From an uncultured bacterium (lineage in GTDB: Bacteria > Hydrogenedentota > Hydrogenedentia > Hydrogenedentales > JAEUWI01), in contig CAXBPH010000046.1 in assembly GCA_963977445.1 (NCBI GenBank), forward strand, positions 1 to 33,947: a stretch of 33,947 bases of DNA, written 5' to 3'. Below, in pieces: positions 26,353 to 33,947 of the stretch. Made by a program: the position numbers and the translations under genes. How positions within the stretch are numbered: position 1 is the first letter of the stretch; every line of letters begins with the position of its first letter. Under the pieces are notes generated by a model. It made no database searches, had not been told where the DNA came from, and worked only from the letters and a program-made list of their open reading frames with translations.

Positions 26353-27366
26353 TTATTTCTCCAGGAAGGGAAAGCGATTGATGGCATTGAGGTGGGGCGA
26401 TTCGGAAAAGGCCCCTTCGGTAATCCGGGTGGTCTCGGAGCTTTCCATACTCTTCAGCGTAAACTGCTCCCAGGGCGTCCGTTTTCGCTTGCGCTTCCAA
26501 TGGGTTGACTCCTGCTGTGCCACCCCCAGACGGGTCTCGACATCCAGGTGTATTTCGCCCGACGCGCTCCCTTTGTAGGTGGCCCAATCAGATTCCTTGG
26601 GCGGCATGAATTCCGTATGGGTCTGGAGCAGATAGTGGTCCCCCTCCTGGTTGATTAATCGAACGGTCTCCACCGTGGGGAGAAAGGGCCAGGGCTTGCT
26701 TGCCTTCGACTCAATCCATTGGTCGCCGAGGCGCACATGGCCATTGGGGAGGAAGCCGTAGGCCCGGTCAAAGTGACGACGAATCGGGCGCTCATCGATG
26801 TTGCTCATGAAGACCCGTCGCCAGGCTTCCCGTTCTGGTGGGTCGAGATCCTGAAACTGGAGGTCGTGCCGACCAATGACACCGGCAAGGGCATTCTCCA
26901 GCTCGGTGAGTCCTTCCGAATCCACAACATTTCCGTTGGCATCGAGGGTAAGGGTGAAGGGGTGGTTGCGCACCACCGTCTCCGCGGTCTCGAAGAGGGC
27001 TTTCATCTGGGGAGGCTGTTTCCGAAAACCTTCGGGCGTCACAAACCAATCGTCGATGGTATAGAAGCGTGGCGTGATGGCAATGCGGGTCTCGCCGATG
27101 CGGGTGCGATGAATGGAACGCATCTGATATACAAAGCGGGTGACACCTTCAATGCGGAGTTCTTCTCCCTGGAATCCATAGCGCCCCACATGACGGGAAA
27201 GGTTCTCGACCCAATAGGCGCTATCGGACGGGAGATTCACATAGAGATGGGTTGCCGCGCCCTTGCGGAGCGGTGGGTGGGACTGGCTGCTGCATCCCGT
27301 GAGAACAGGGAGGAGCAATAATAGAGTCAGGCAAGCGATATACTGTTTCAAGCGACGGATTCCCAA
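26353..27366 (-). CDS. Putative lipoprotein, DUF6263-like
   Basis: Lipobox LTGC after a basic/hydrophobic leader; FTLTLDANGNV and FLPNGHVRLGDQW patterns. Confidence 0.6.
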   Translation of the reverse strand: MGIRRLKQYIACLTLLLLLPVLTGCSSQSHPPLRKGAATHLYVNLPSDSAYWVENLSRHVGRYGFQGEELRIEGVTRFVYQMRSIHRTRIGETRIAITPRFYTIDDWFVTPEGFRKQPPQMKALFETAETVVRNHPFTLTLDANGNVVDSEGLTELENALAGVIGRHDLQFQDLDPPEREAWRRVFMSNIDERPIRRHFDRAYGFLPNGHVRLGDQWIESKASKPWPFLPTVETVRLINQEGDHYLLQTHTEFMPPKESDWATYKGSASGEIHLDVETRLGVAQQESTHWKRKRKRTPWEQFTLKSMESSETTRITEGAFSESPHLNAINRFPFLEK

Positions 27367-27524
27367 TGGCTGGTGTTCACCGTCACACTACCCAAGGGGG
27401 GGCAAGTGAATCAAGCTGGTAAGCCTGTGCCGGTGGTCAATCATCCCATCCTTTTTATGTTCCCATGCAAACGCCACGAAGGGGGATCCCGCTATGCCCC
27501 TGGTGTCGATCTTCCATTGCTTCG

Positions 27525-28796
27525 TCACGGTGCCGAAATATCGTAGGCTACGATCACATCGCCGTGGCGTAAATAGAGGGTCCTGTCCGCGATGCTGGGG
27601 TGGGCCCAGTGGGGACCGTCGCCAGATTCTATCTTCATCGTGCCGTGAGCGACATAGCCCGATGCTGTCGCCTCGATAAGTTCCAGGCTTCCTTTTTCGC
27701 CATAGCAATAGAGCCGTTCGTCCGCATAGATGACCGAGCCCTTGCCGACGCCCCGCTCCTGCCACTGGAGGCTACCATCCGTTAGGGATAGGCACGACCA
27801 GCGTCCCTTGCTGTTTTCGCCGTAGAGACTGTTCCCGTCGCAGACGAGGCCGCCGTGGTTCGGACTAAGGATTGCGTCGCTCCATCGGGGTTCAATGTCC
27901 CGTCCATCGGCAGAAAGGCCGTAGAGAATGCCGCCCTTTCGATGGCCACTGGTCGCATAAAGAAGCCCCTCGTGGTAGATCGGTGCGATGGAGTGATTCT
28001 GCATCTCTTCCGCTTCGTCAAAGGGCACTTTCCAGATAATCGTTCCCGTAGCGGGGTCGAGGGCGATGAGGGTGGCATTGGTGAGGGTGACCAAAAGGCG
28101 TGTGTCCCCTCGTGTGATTAATTGGGGAGCACAATAGGCCGATTGGTCGCTGTGGCCCACGCTTGTCCAGCGGGTTTTTCCGGTTTTGCGGTCGAGCGCC
28201 ACGATACTCGCGTCGGGACCGCCTGGCGTGCAATAGACCAGGTCACCATCGACCAAGAGGGACTCGGCGAAGCCCATGACCGGGGCCGTGCCCCCAAAAT
28301 CGGTTGCCACGTCACGGTGCCAGCCCCGCGCGCCGGTCTTGGCGTTGAGGGTGTAAAGTACCCCATGGCCCGAGAGGAGGAAGAGCTGGCCGCCGTCGAT
28401 GGTTGGTGGATACCGCGTGCCGGGATGGGTGCCTGTCCATTCTTTGCCGTAGGGCGTCGCCCATTGAATCTCACCCGATTGATCCAGGGCGGTTACATAG
28501 CCTTCTTCCGTTTCACTGCGCAATCCAGAGACGTAGACCGTGCCGTCGACGATGATAGCGGAGGAATATCCCAGGCCCAGGCCACGTGCTGTCCAACGGA
28601 GTGGGGGGCCTTCCTCGGGCCAGGTGCGGAGGAGCTTGTTCTCACTACTCCATGCATTCCGATACAAACCGCGAAATTGAGACCAATTCTCCGAGAAAGA
28701 TGATTGATTAATAAAAAATAGGTTAATAACAGATGTGATAAGTAAAATGTGTCTGTGGATGGTTTTTGTTGGGTTGGCTCGGTTCTTTGTCCTCAT
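27525..28796 (-). CDS. Secreted PQQ-binding-like (BamB-like) beta-propeller repeat protein
   Basis: NWSQFRG, WPEEGPPLRW, repeated ALDxxTGxxxW and C-terminal WAHPSIADRTLYLR. ATG 28796 with GGAG RBS. Confidence 0.88.
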   Translation of the reverse strand: MRTKNRANPTKTIHRHILLITSVINLFFINQSSFSENWSQFRGLYRNAWSSENKLLRTWPEEGPPLRWTARGLGLGYSSAIIVDGTVYVSGLRSETEEGYVTALDQSGEIQWATPYGKEWTGTHPGTRYPPTIDGGQLFLLSGHGVLYTLNAKTGARGWHRDVATDFGGTAPVMGFAESLLVDGDLVYCTPGGPDASIVALDRKTGKTRWTSVGHSDQSAYCAPQLITRGDTRLLVTLTNATLIALDPATGTIIWKVPFDEAEEMQNHSIAPIYHEGLLYATSGHRKGGILYGLSADGRDIEPRWSDAILSPNHGGLVCDGNSLYGENSKGRWSCLSLTDGSLQWQERGVGKGSVIYADERLYCYGEKGSLELIEATASGYVAHGTMKIESGDGPHWAHPSIADRTLYLRHGDVIVAYDISAP

Positions 28797-28940
28797 CAAG
28801 ATGGCTCCCTACGCAGGGTGTTGTGCTATGGTGCCCGTCACCCTGATCGTCTACCGGTCTCCTGTCGGGAATTATCATACCCGGAAGGTCGTAAAACGAC
28901 AATAGGCTCCGCGGACCGGGGGCGTATTGGGCGACATGTC

Positions 28941-28970
28941 TTGCGCAACACTCGGAGCCACGCGTATCAT
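28941..28970 (+). promoter_or_regulatory. Candidate sigma70 promoter for ispG
   Basis: TTGCGC-N18-TATCAT about 90 bp upstream of ispG. Confidence 0.4.
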
Positions 28971-29059
28971 ATACAAGCTGGTGATGGCCCGTGAGCGGCT
29001 TGGCAGTGCCCCGTTGTGCCGTCCCCCATTAGATACCTACCCACAGGAGTTGGATTCCC

Positions 29060-30286
29060 ATGGTCTTAGACCCGAGAAAGCATAGTATTGGCGTTGACGT
29101 AGGTGGCGTGCAGGTTGGAGGTGGTGCCCCGGTCGTGGTTCAATCCATGACGAACACCGACACGGAAGATGCCCCTTCCACGGCGTCGCAGATAATTGCA
29201 TTGGCGGAAGCCGGTTCTGAATTGGTCCGTATCACCGTTAATACACCCCGTGCCGCCGAGGCAGTGGGGGAGATTATCCAGCGCATGCACGATGCCGATT
29301 GTTACGTGCCCGTCATCGGAGATTTTCATTACAACGGTCATCGGCTCCTTGGCGGCAACGAAACCTGCGCCCAGGCCCTGGCGAAATATCGCATCAACCC
29401 CGGTAATGTGGGGAAGGGCAATAAGCGGGATGAACAATTCGAAACCATCTGTAAAATAGCAAAAGACAATGATAAACCCGTGCGTATCGGCGTAAACATG
29501 GGCTCCCTGAATCAGGAATTGGTCATGGAGCAAATGCAGGCCAATACCGACAAAAACCTCGGAAAAACCTCCGAAGAGATTGTCAACGATTGTATGATTC
29601 TGTCCGCCCTCCAGTCTACGGAGTTGGCCATCGAATCGGGCCTACGGGAAGATCAGGTCATCATCTCCTGTAAGACCAGCGTGCCCCAATACCTCATTCA
29701 CCTCTATCGCGAACTCAGTACGAAGACCCGCCAGCCCCTCCACCTCGGACTCACCGAAGCGGGCATGGGCATGAAAGGACAGATTTGGTCGGCCGCCTGT
29801 ATGGGGGTGTTACTGGCCGAAGGTATCGGCGACACCATCCGGGTTTCCCTCACACCCCAACCCGGCGGCGACCGGCGCGAAGAGGTCTACGCCTGTCAGG
29901 AATTGTTGCAGTCTCTCGGCATCCGCCAGTTTGCCCCGAGCATCACGGCCTGCCCCGGTTGTGGTCGCACCACCAGCACCACCTTCCAGGAATTGGCCTC
30001 CGAGACCCAGGACTACGTCCGCCTCCGCATGCCGTCGTGGCGCAATGAGTTCGACGGCGTCGAAGGGCTCAAGGTGGCCGTCATGGGCTGCATCGTGAAT
30101 GGTCCTGGGGAATCCAAGGCGGCCAACATCGGTATCAGCCTGCCCGGCAATGGGGAAGACCCGGTCTGTCCCGTCTTTGTGGATGGCGAGAAGTACGCCA
30201 ACTACTCGGGGACGAAAGACGAGCTGGCGAACCAGTTTCGGGTCTTGCTGGAAGAGTACGTGGGGCGGACTTATAGCCGGAAGTAG
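29060..30286 (+). CDS. ispG: (E)-4-hydroxy-3-methylbut-2-enyl-diphosphate synthase
   Basis: VQSMTNT, RINPGN, RIGVN, LHLGLTEAG, GIGDTIRVSL, ACPGCGRT, VMGCIVNGPGE. Confidence 0.97.
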   Translation: MVLDPRKHSIGVDVGGVQVGGGAPVVVQSMTNTDTEDAPSTASQIIALAEAGSELVRITVNTPRAAEAVGEIIQRMHDADCYVPVIGDFHYNGHRLLGGNETCAQALAKYRINPGNVGKGNKRDEQFETICKIAKDNDKPVRIGVNMGSLNQELVMEQMQANTDKNLGKTSEEIVNDCMILSALQSTELAIESGLREDQVIISCKTSVPQYLIHLYRELSTKTRQPLHLGLTEAGMGMKGQIWSAACMGVLLAEGIGDTIRVSLTPQPGGDRREEVYACQELLQSLGIRQFAPSITACPGCGRTTSTTFQELASETQDYVRLRMPSWRNEFDGVEGLKVAVMGCIVNGPGESKAANIGISLPGNGEDPVCPVFVDGEKYANYSGTKDELANQFRVLLEEYVGRTYSRK

Positions 30287-30306
30287 TTGACGGTTGAGCG
30301 GGGAAT

Positions 30307-30338
30307 TTTAACCACAAAGAACACAGAGAACACAAAAG
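30307..30338 (+). repeat. TTTAACCAC-type 9-bp-period repeat
   Basis: ttta accacaaag aacacagag aacacaaaag. Confidence 0.6.
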
Positions 30339-30342
30339 TTCC

Positions 30343-30426
30343 GTCATCCTCGCGAACGGGGGGATCCAGTAACGCGAACACAGAAACCGATGTAACTCGC
30401 TGGATTCCCGCGTTCGCGGGAAAGAC
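30343..30426. repeat. Inverted REP doublet of the GTCATTCCCGCG...GGGAATCCAG type
   Basis: 27-bp arms at 30343-30369 and 30400-30426, 22/27 complementary and each internally palindromic. Confidence 0.8.
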
Positions 30427-30519
30427 GTGCTGCCGGTGTTGGTGAGGTTAAAACAATGCGAACCTCGACAAGTGTTGATCGCAAACAAACACAAATCTCA
30501 CCATAGAACGCATTGTTAA

Positions 30520-30571
30520 CCTCGTTCCCACGCTCCGCTTTGGGAATGCAGTCCCCGACGCTCTGCGTCGA
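30520..30571 (+). repeat. REP-like double-hairpin element, copy 2
   Basis: cctcgttcccacgctccgctttgggaatgcagtccccgacgctctgcgtcga, an inverted near-copy of 2239-2289. Confidence 0.8.
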
Positions 30572-30644
30572 CGCGTCCAGGCCGACGCCGCGATTTTAAA
30601 TACCATCTCACCGCGCCATAAACAATGCAGAAAGAATCGATTTC

Positions 30645-32423
30645 ATGTACATACCATCCCGCCGCCTGGCCCTGTTTTTCGTCCTCATCCTGAGTGTCGC
30701 TTTGCCCCGGCCCTGCGCCGCCGATGACCTGGAAGTCCGCGGTCTCTTCCTCGCATCCACGGGCCCGCGCTCGGAGTTCGCCGAGAAATTCTGGTGGGAG
30801 CAGTCCGCTGAAGAACTCAGCGCTTATGTGGAGCGCCTGCAGGCCGGTGGCTTTAACGAGCTCTATCCCAGTGTCTATGGCCACGGTAACTACTTCTTCA
30901 AGACGGAGCACGCCGCGTTTCCCAAGGGTGTCGTGCCCGACCGGCTACCCATCGATCCCCTGGCCGTGCTTATCGCCGAAGCCCACAAGCAAGACATGAA
31001 GGTCATACCCTTTTTCCCCTTCCTCGTGGCCGGCGGTGCGCCCTATGTGAAACAGAGCGCGGGGGGTGAACTGCCCAACCCCGATTGGTTTTGTGTGGAC
31101 TCCGAAGGCGAGTCGGGGAAGACCCTTTCCTTTGACCCGGCCAACCCCGAGGTGCGCGCTTACCTGGGCCATCTGGTAGAAGACCTGCTGGATTACGACG
31201 TCGACGGAATTATGCTCGACTACATCCGCTATCTCGGTTCCCACATGGGCTACACGCCCCTGGCCCGGGAGAAATTCGCGGAAAAACACGGGGCGGACCC
31301 GCTGGACCTGCTTTGTCACCCCGAAACCTTCAGCAAGAACCTGGTCTATTGCCTGAAGCCGACGAGCTGGACGGGGCGGCCCTGGTATCTGTCTACACTC
31401 ATTACCGTGCTGAATGACCTCCATGTACCCTTTAAGCTGGTGGATGAAGCGGAATTCGACGCATCGGCCTTACCCGCGAATGGCACGCTCCTTATCGGGT
31501 CCTTCTACGATGTGGCCGCGCCCCTGATTGATGCGGTCAAGACCTTCGTTGAAGGGGGCGGCAATGTGGTCTTCCTCGATGGCCCCACCACGGCCATGAA
31601 GAAACACGAGGCCGCTCTGGGGGCCATCATCGGCATGACCAGTGCCAGCCGTTACGCCGCCCGACAGGAGCGGACCCTGTCCATCGAGGGGGACCATCCC
31701 ATGACGGCCGGCGTGGAAGGGGGTACCCTCTTGTGCTCCGCCAATGCCCTGACCGAAATTACGCCCGAAACCGCCGAGGTGTTCGCCCGCTTTGACGACG
31801 GCACGCCTGCGGTCGTTTTCAATCGCCTCGGCGCGGGCCACGGCATCCTGTTTAACTTCGAGATGCTCCTCAAGTACCACGGCGATGGAGGCCACCAACT
31901 ACTCGGCAATGCCCTGCGCTGGAGTCTTGCGACGGCCGGGGACGACCCAGGCGCCACAAAACTCGCCGCCTTGAACGCCGCCTGGACCCAATGGCGTTGT
32001 GACCAGGTGACCGAAGTCGTGGGGATGGTCCGTGGCATCGTGGACGAGAAGAAGCCGGGCTTCCTCCTTGGTGCCGCAGTGACGCCCGAGCGCCTCAACG
32101 TGACGACGGTTTTCCAGGAATGGAAAACCTGGATGAAGCGGGACTACATCCAGCTGGTCTATCCCATGGACTACTTCGGCGACGACCTCGAACTGAAATC
32201 CGCCCTCGACTGGCAACACAACGGCGTAGACCCCAAACGTATTGTGCCCCTGTTGGCCTTGTATCAGCGGGTGGACGGAAAAACGGTCCCCGTGACGTCA
32301 GAGACGCTCACTCACCAGTTGGACGTGCTGGTGGAGTATGGCGTGAAGGGGACAGGGCTTTTTTCGAATCAGCGCTACGCGCCCGAATTGGAGTCCGCGC
32401 TGACGACGCGGTGGGGGAAGTAG
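30645..32423 (+). CDS. Secreted GHL10/DUF187-like glycoside hydrolase with an inserted GATase-like (beta-galactosidase trimerisation-type) domain
   Basis: Signal peptide; EVRGLF, DPLAVLIAEAH, DPANPEVRAY, DVDGIMLDYIRY, WTQWR, QEWKTW, VYPMDY. Insert has FVEGGGNVVF and PAVVFNRLGAGHG. Confidence 0.78.
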   Translation: MYIPSRRLALFFVLILSVALPRPCAADDLEVRGLFLASTGPRSEFAEKFWWEQSAEELSAYVERLQAGGFNELYPSVYGHGNYFFKTEHAAFPKGVVPDRLPIDPLAVLIAEAHKQDMKVIPFFPFLVAGGAPYVKQSAGGELPNPDWFCVDSEGESGKTLSFDPANPEVRAYLGHLVEDLLDYDVDGIMLDYIRYLGSHMGYTPLAREKFAEKHGADPLDLLCHPETFSKNLVYCLKPTSWTGRPWYLSTLITVLNDLHVPFKLVDEAEFDASALPANGTLLIGSFYDVAAPLIDAVKTFVEGGGNVVFLDGPTTAMKKHEAALGAIIGMTSASRYAARQERTLSIEGDHPMTAGVEGGTLLCSANALTEITPETAEVFARFDDGTPAVVFNRLGAGHGILFNFEMLLKYHGDGGHQLLGNALRWSLATAGDDPGATKLAALNAAWTQWRCDQVTEVVGMVRGIVDEKKPGFLLGAAVTPERLNVTTVFQEWKTWMKRDYIQLVYPMDYFGDDLELKSALDWQHNGVDPKRIVPLLALYQRVDGKTVPVTSETLTHQLDVLVEYGVKGTGLFSNQRYAPELESALTTRWGK

Positions 32424-32430
32424 GGGGGAT

Positions 32431-32769
32431 TTATGGGACTCAGATATTTCTGTCTGAGAAAGGAATGAGCAAGGTGGAGAATAGCTCGGGTTCGTGGCAA
32501 GAAGGCCTGTATTTTTAACGTGGCTATTTTGTGGATTTGCGGTGTGTTGTGCCGGTTCGTCGGGCCCTTGGGTGTTTGCGTGGGCTTATGGGACTCAGAC
32601 ATTCCTGTCTGAGAAAGGGTTGGTCAAGGTCGTGAAGCGCTCGGATTCGTGGCAAGAAGGCCTGTATTTTTAACGTGGCGACTTTGTGGATTTGCAGAAT
32701 GATGTGGCGGTTCATCGGGCCCTTGGGTGTTTGCGTGGGCGTTGTCTCAGACAGGAATGTCCGAGTCCC
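32431..32769. repeat. 155-bp tandem duplication (32431-32585, 32586-32740) with three 25-bp palindromic REPs
   Basis: REP gggactcaga(c/t)att(c/t)ctgtctgaga at 32435 and 32590 (direct) and 32745 (inverted). Units share long identical blocks such as ttcgtggcaagaaggcctgtatttttaacgtggc. Confidence 0.9.
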
Positions 32770-32865
32770 GGTGATTTCGACGCCGAAGATTGACAACACG
32801 TTTATCCGCTGGCACCATGGGAGGCTTGTTGTACTTGGAAAAAACATCCTTCTCTGGGGAGAGTT

Positions 32866-33750
32866 ATGCATACCCTTTTTATCGCCCTGTTTTCATTGAC
32901 CTTCACCCTCGGCGCGGTTGCCGATGACCACTTCGCCTGGGACTCCATGGGTGGGACACTGGCACGGGATCATCAGAGACGTGCCATCTACCATGAGGGC
33001 GAACATCGCCGCACCTATGTGGCCTATATGGACCACTCCTTTTTTGCCCGTATTACCTACTACGATCATGACACGAAGAAATGGTTGTCTCCGCCCGTAT
33101 TGTTGGACGACTGCATCCGGCCGGACCGGCGGATGAACAACGCCTATAAGGACGGGCACAACGTGCCCAATTTGTTTGTTGGCGGCGATGGGATTATCCA
33201 CGTTTTTTATGGCGCCCATGGCACGTCCTTTCGCTATGCACGGACGAAAACGCCGGAAGACATCGGGGCGAACAATTGGGAGCTGGACCGGCGTGTGGGG
33301 ACCGATGGGACCTATTCCTTCTTCTCCGAGCCGCGTCCGGGCAACGTCCATGTCTTCTACCGCTATTCGCCCCAGGGGGGCTACAAGAACCCCTTTCTCG
33401 GCCTGCGGACCACGACGGACGGTGGGGATACGTGGAGCGACGTGGTGAAGCTGGCGAGTTTTCCAGAGGCCTGCAAGATTTACCGGGGGGCCTACGATGC
33501 TGCCAGCGACCGGGTTCATTTGCTCATAAGCCCGCGTGGTCCGTTGGGCGGCAGAGCGGGGGCGGTACACTGCATGTATGATCTGGAAAGCGGCAAGCTG
33601 CTGTCCCTCACGGGGGCGGAACTCGGGCCCGTCGGCACGGTGGAGACGTTCCAGGGAAACATGCCGAAGATTTTTGAGGGGCGCGTCGACTTTGTGTTGC
33701 ACGACGGCACGCCGTATTTTTTCTATCAAAATCTTGACTCCAATTTATAA
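32866..33750 (+). CDS. Secreted BNR-4 repeat (Asp-box) beta-propeller protein, probably C-terminally truncated
   Basis: Signal peptide; DGHNVP, DGIIHVFYGAH, GTY, Asp-box TTDGGDTWS. The last codons fall in the low-GC segment. Confidence 0.7.
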   Translation: MHTLFIALFSLTFTLGAVADDHFAWDSMGGTLARDHQRRAIYHEGEHRRTYVAYMDHSFFARITYYDHDTKKWLSPPVLLDDCIRPDRRMNNAYKDGHNVPNLFVGGDGIIHVFYGAHGTSFRYARTKTPEDIGANNWELDRRVGTDGTYSFFSEPRPGNVHVFYRYSPQGGYKNPFLGLRTTTDGGDTWSDVVKLASFPEACKIYRGAYDAASDRVHLLISPRGPLGGRAGAVHCMYDLESGKLLSLTGAELGPVGTVETFQGNMPKIFEGRVDFVLHDGTPYFFYQNLDSNL

Positions 33751-33947
33751 TACCACTATATGCTGGAACCCAATCATCTAAATCACCAGCAGTCAACCCG
33801 TGCCAACCCACGTTACCCATATCTGCCTTAAACTCTGGTGCGGCAAGAATATCTTCTGTAAAATCTAATGCATTATTTCTATTCGAGATTCGTTTCATCT
33901 GCATCATATAAAATTTAAGTGGATCGCCAACTCCCATGTCGTCCATG
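33720..33947 (-). other. Low-GC segment with an open frame entering from the window edge (unknown protein fragment)
   Basis: Hand count gives about 89 G+C in 227 bp (~39%). Frame reads MDDMGVGDPLKFY...WSQDFDRK. Confidence 0.5.

Noticed and set aside
28690..28790. AT-rich patch as a foreign insertion
   Set aside because: It stays in frame and encodes the Ile/Phe/Asn-rich signal region of the PQQ-propeller protein.
32431..32769. CRISPR array
   Set aside because: The spacers are 130 bp and homologous to each other, the third repeat is inverted, and no cas genes are present.

Overview
High-GC (roughly 60%) bacterial chromosomal window. The left 18 kb is one minus-strand secondary-lipid cluster: pfaD (enoyl reductase), pfaA (KS-MAT-4xACP-KR-DH), a fused pfaBC (KS-CLF-AT-FabA-type DH domains), oleA and oleB. 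This places an iterative PUFA synthase next to head-to-head olefin genes; oleC/oleD and the PPTase pfaE are not in the window. The ~900-bp divergent spacer upstream of pfaD holds the least explained structure: three homologous 100-101 bp units, each bounded by inverted 14-bp motifs (GGGAC(A/T)GNNCCGAC) 72-73 bp apart, with one unit flipped. The right half carries a FapA/DUF342 gene, an NYN protein, tRNA-Ser(GCT), an nfuA-led operon with a PCD and a divergent IscU-fold protein, a lipoprotein, a PQQ-type beta-propeller, ispG, a GHL10-like hydrolase, several REP-like repeat families and a BNR-4-like gene cut by an abrupt switch to ~39% GC at the right edge. All calls come from motif recognition by eye; no searches were run.
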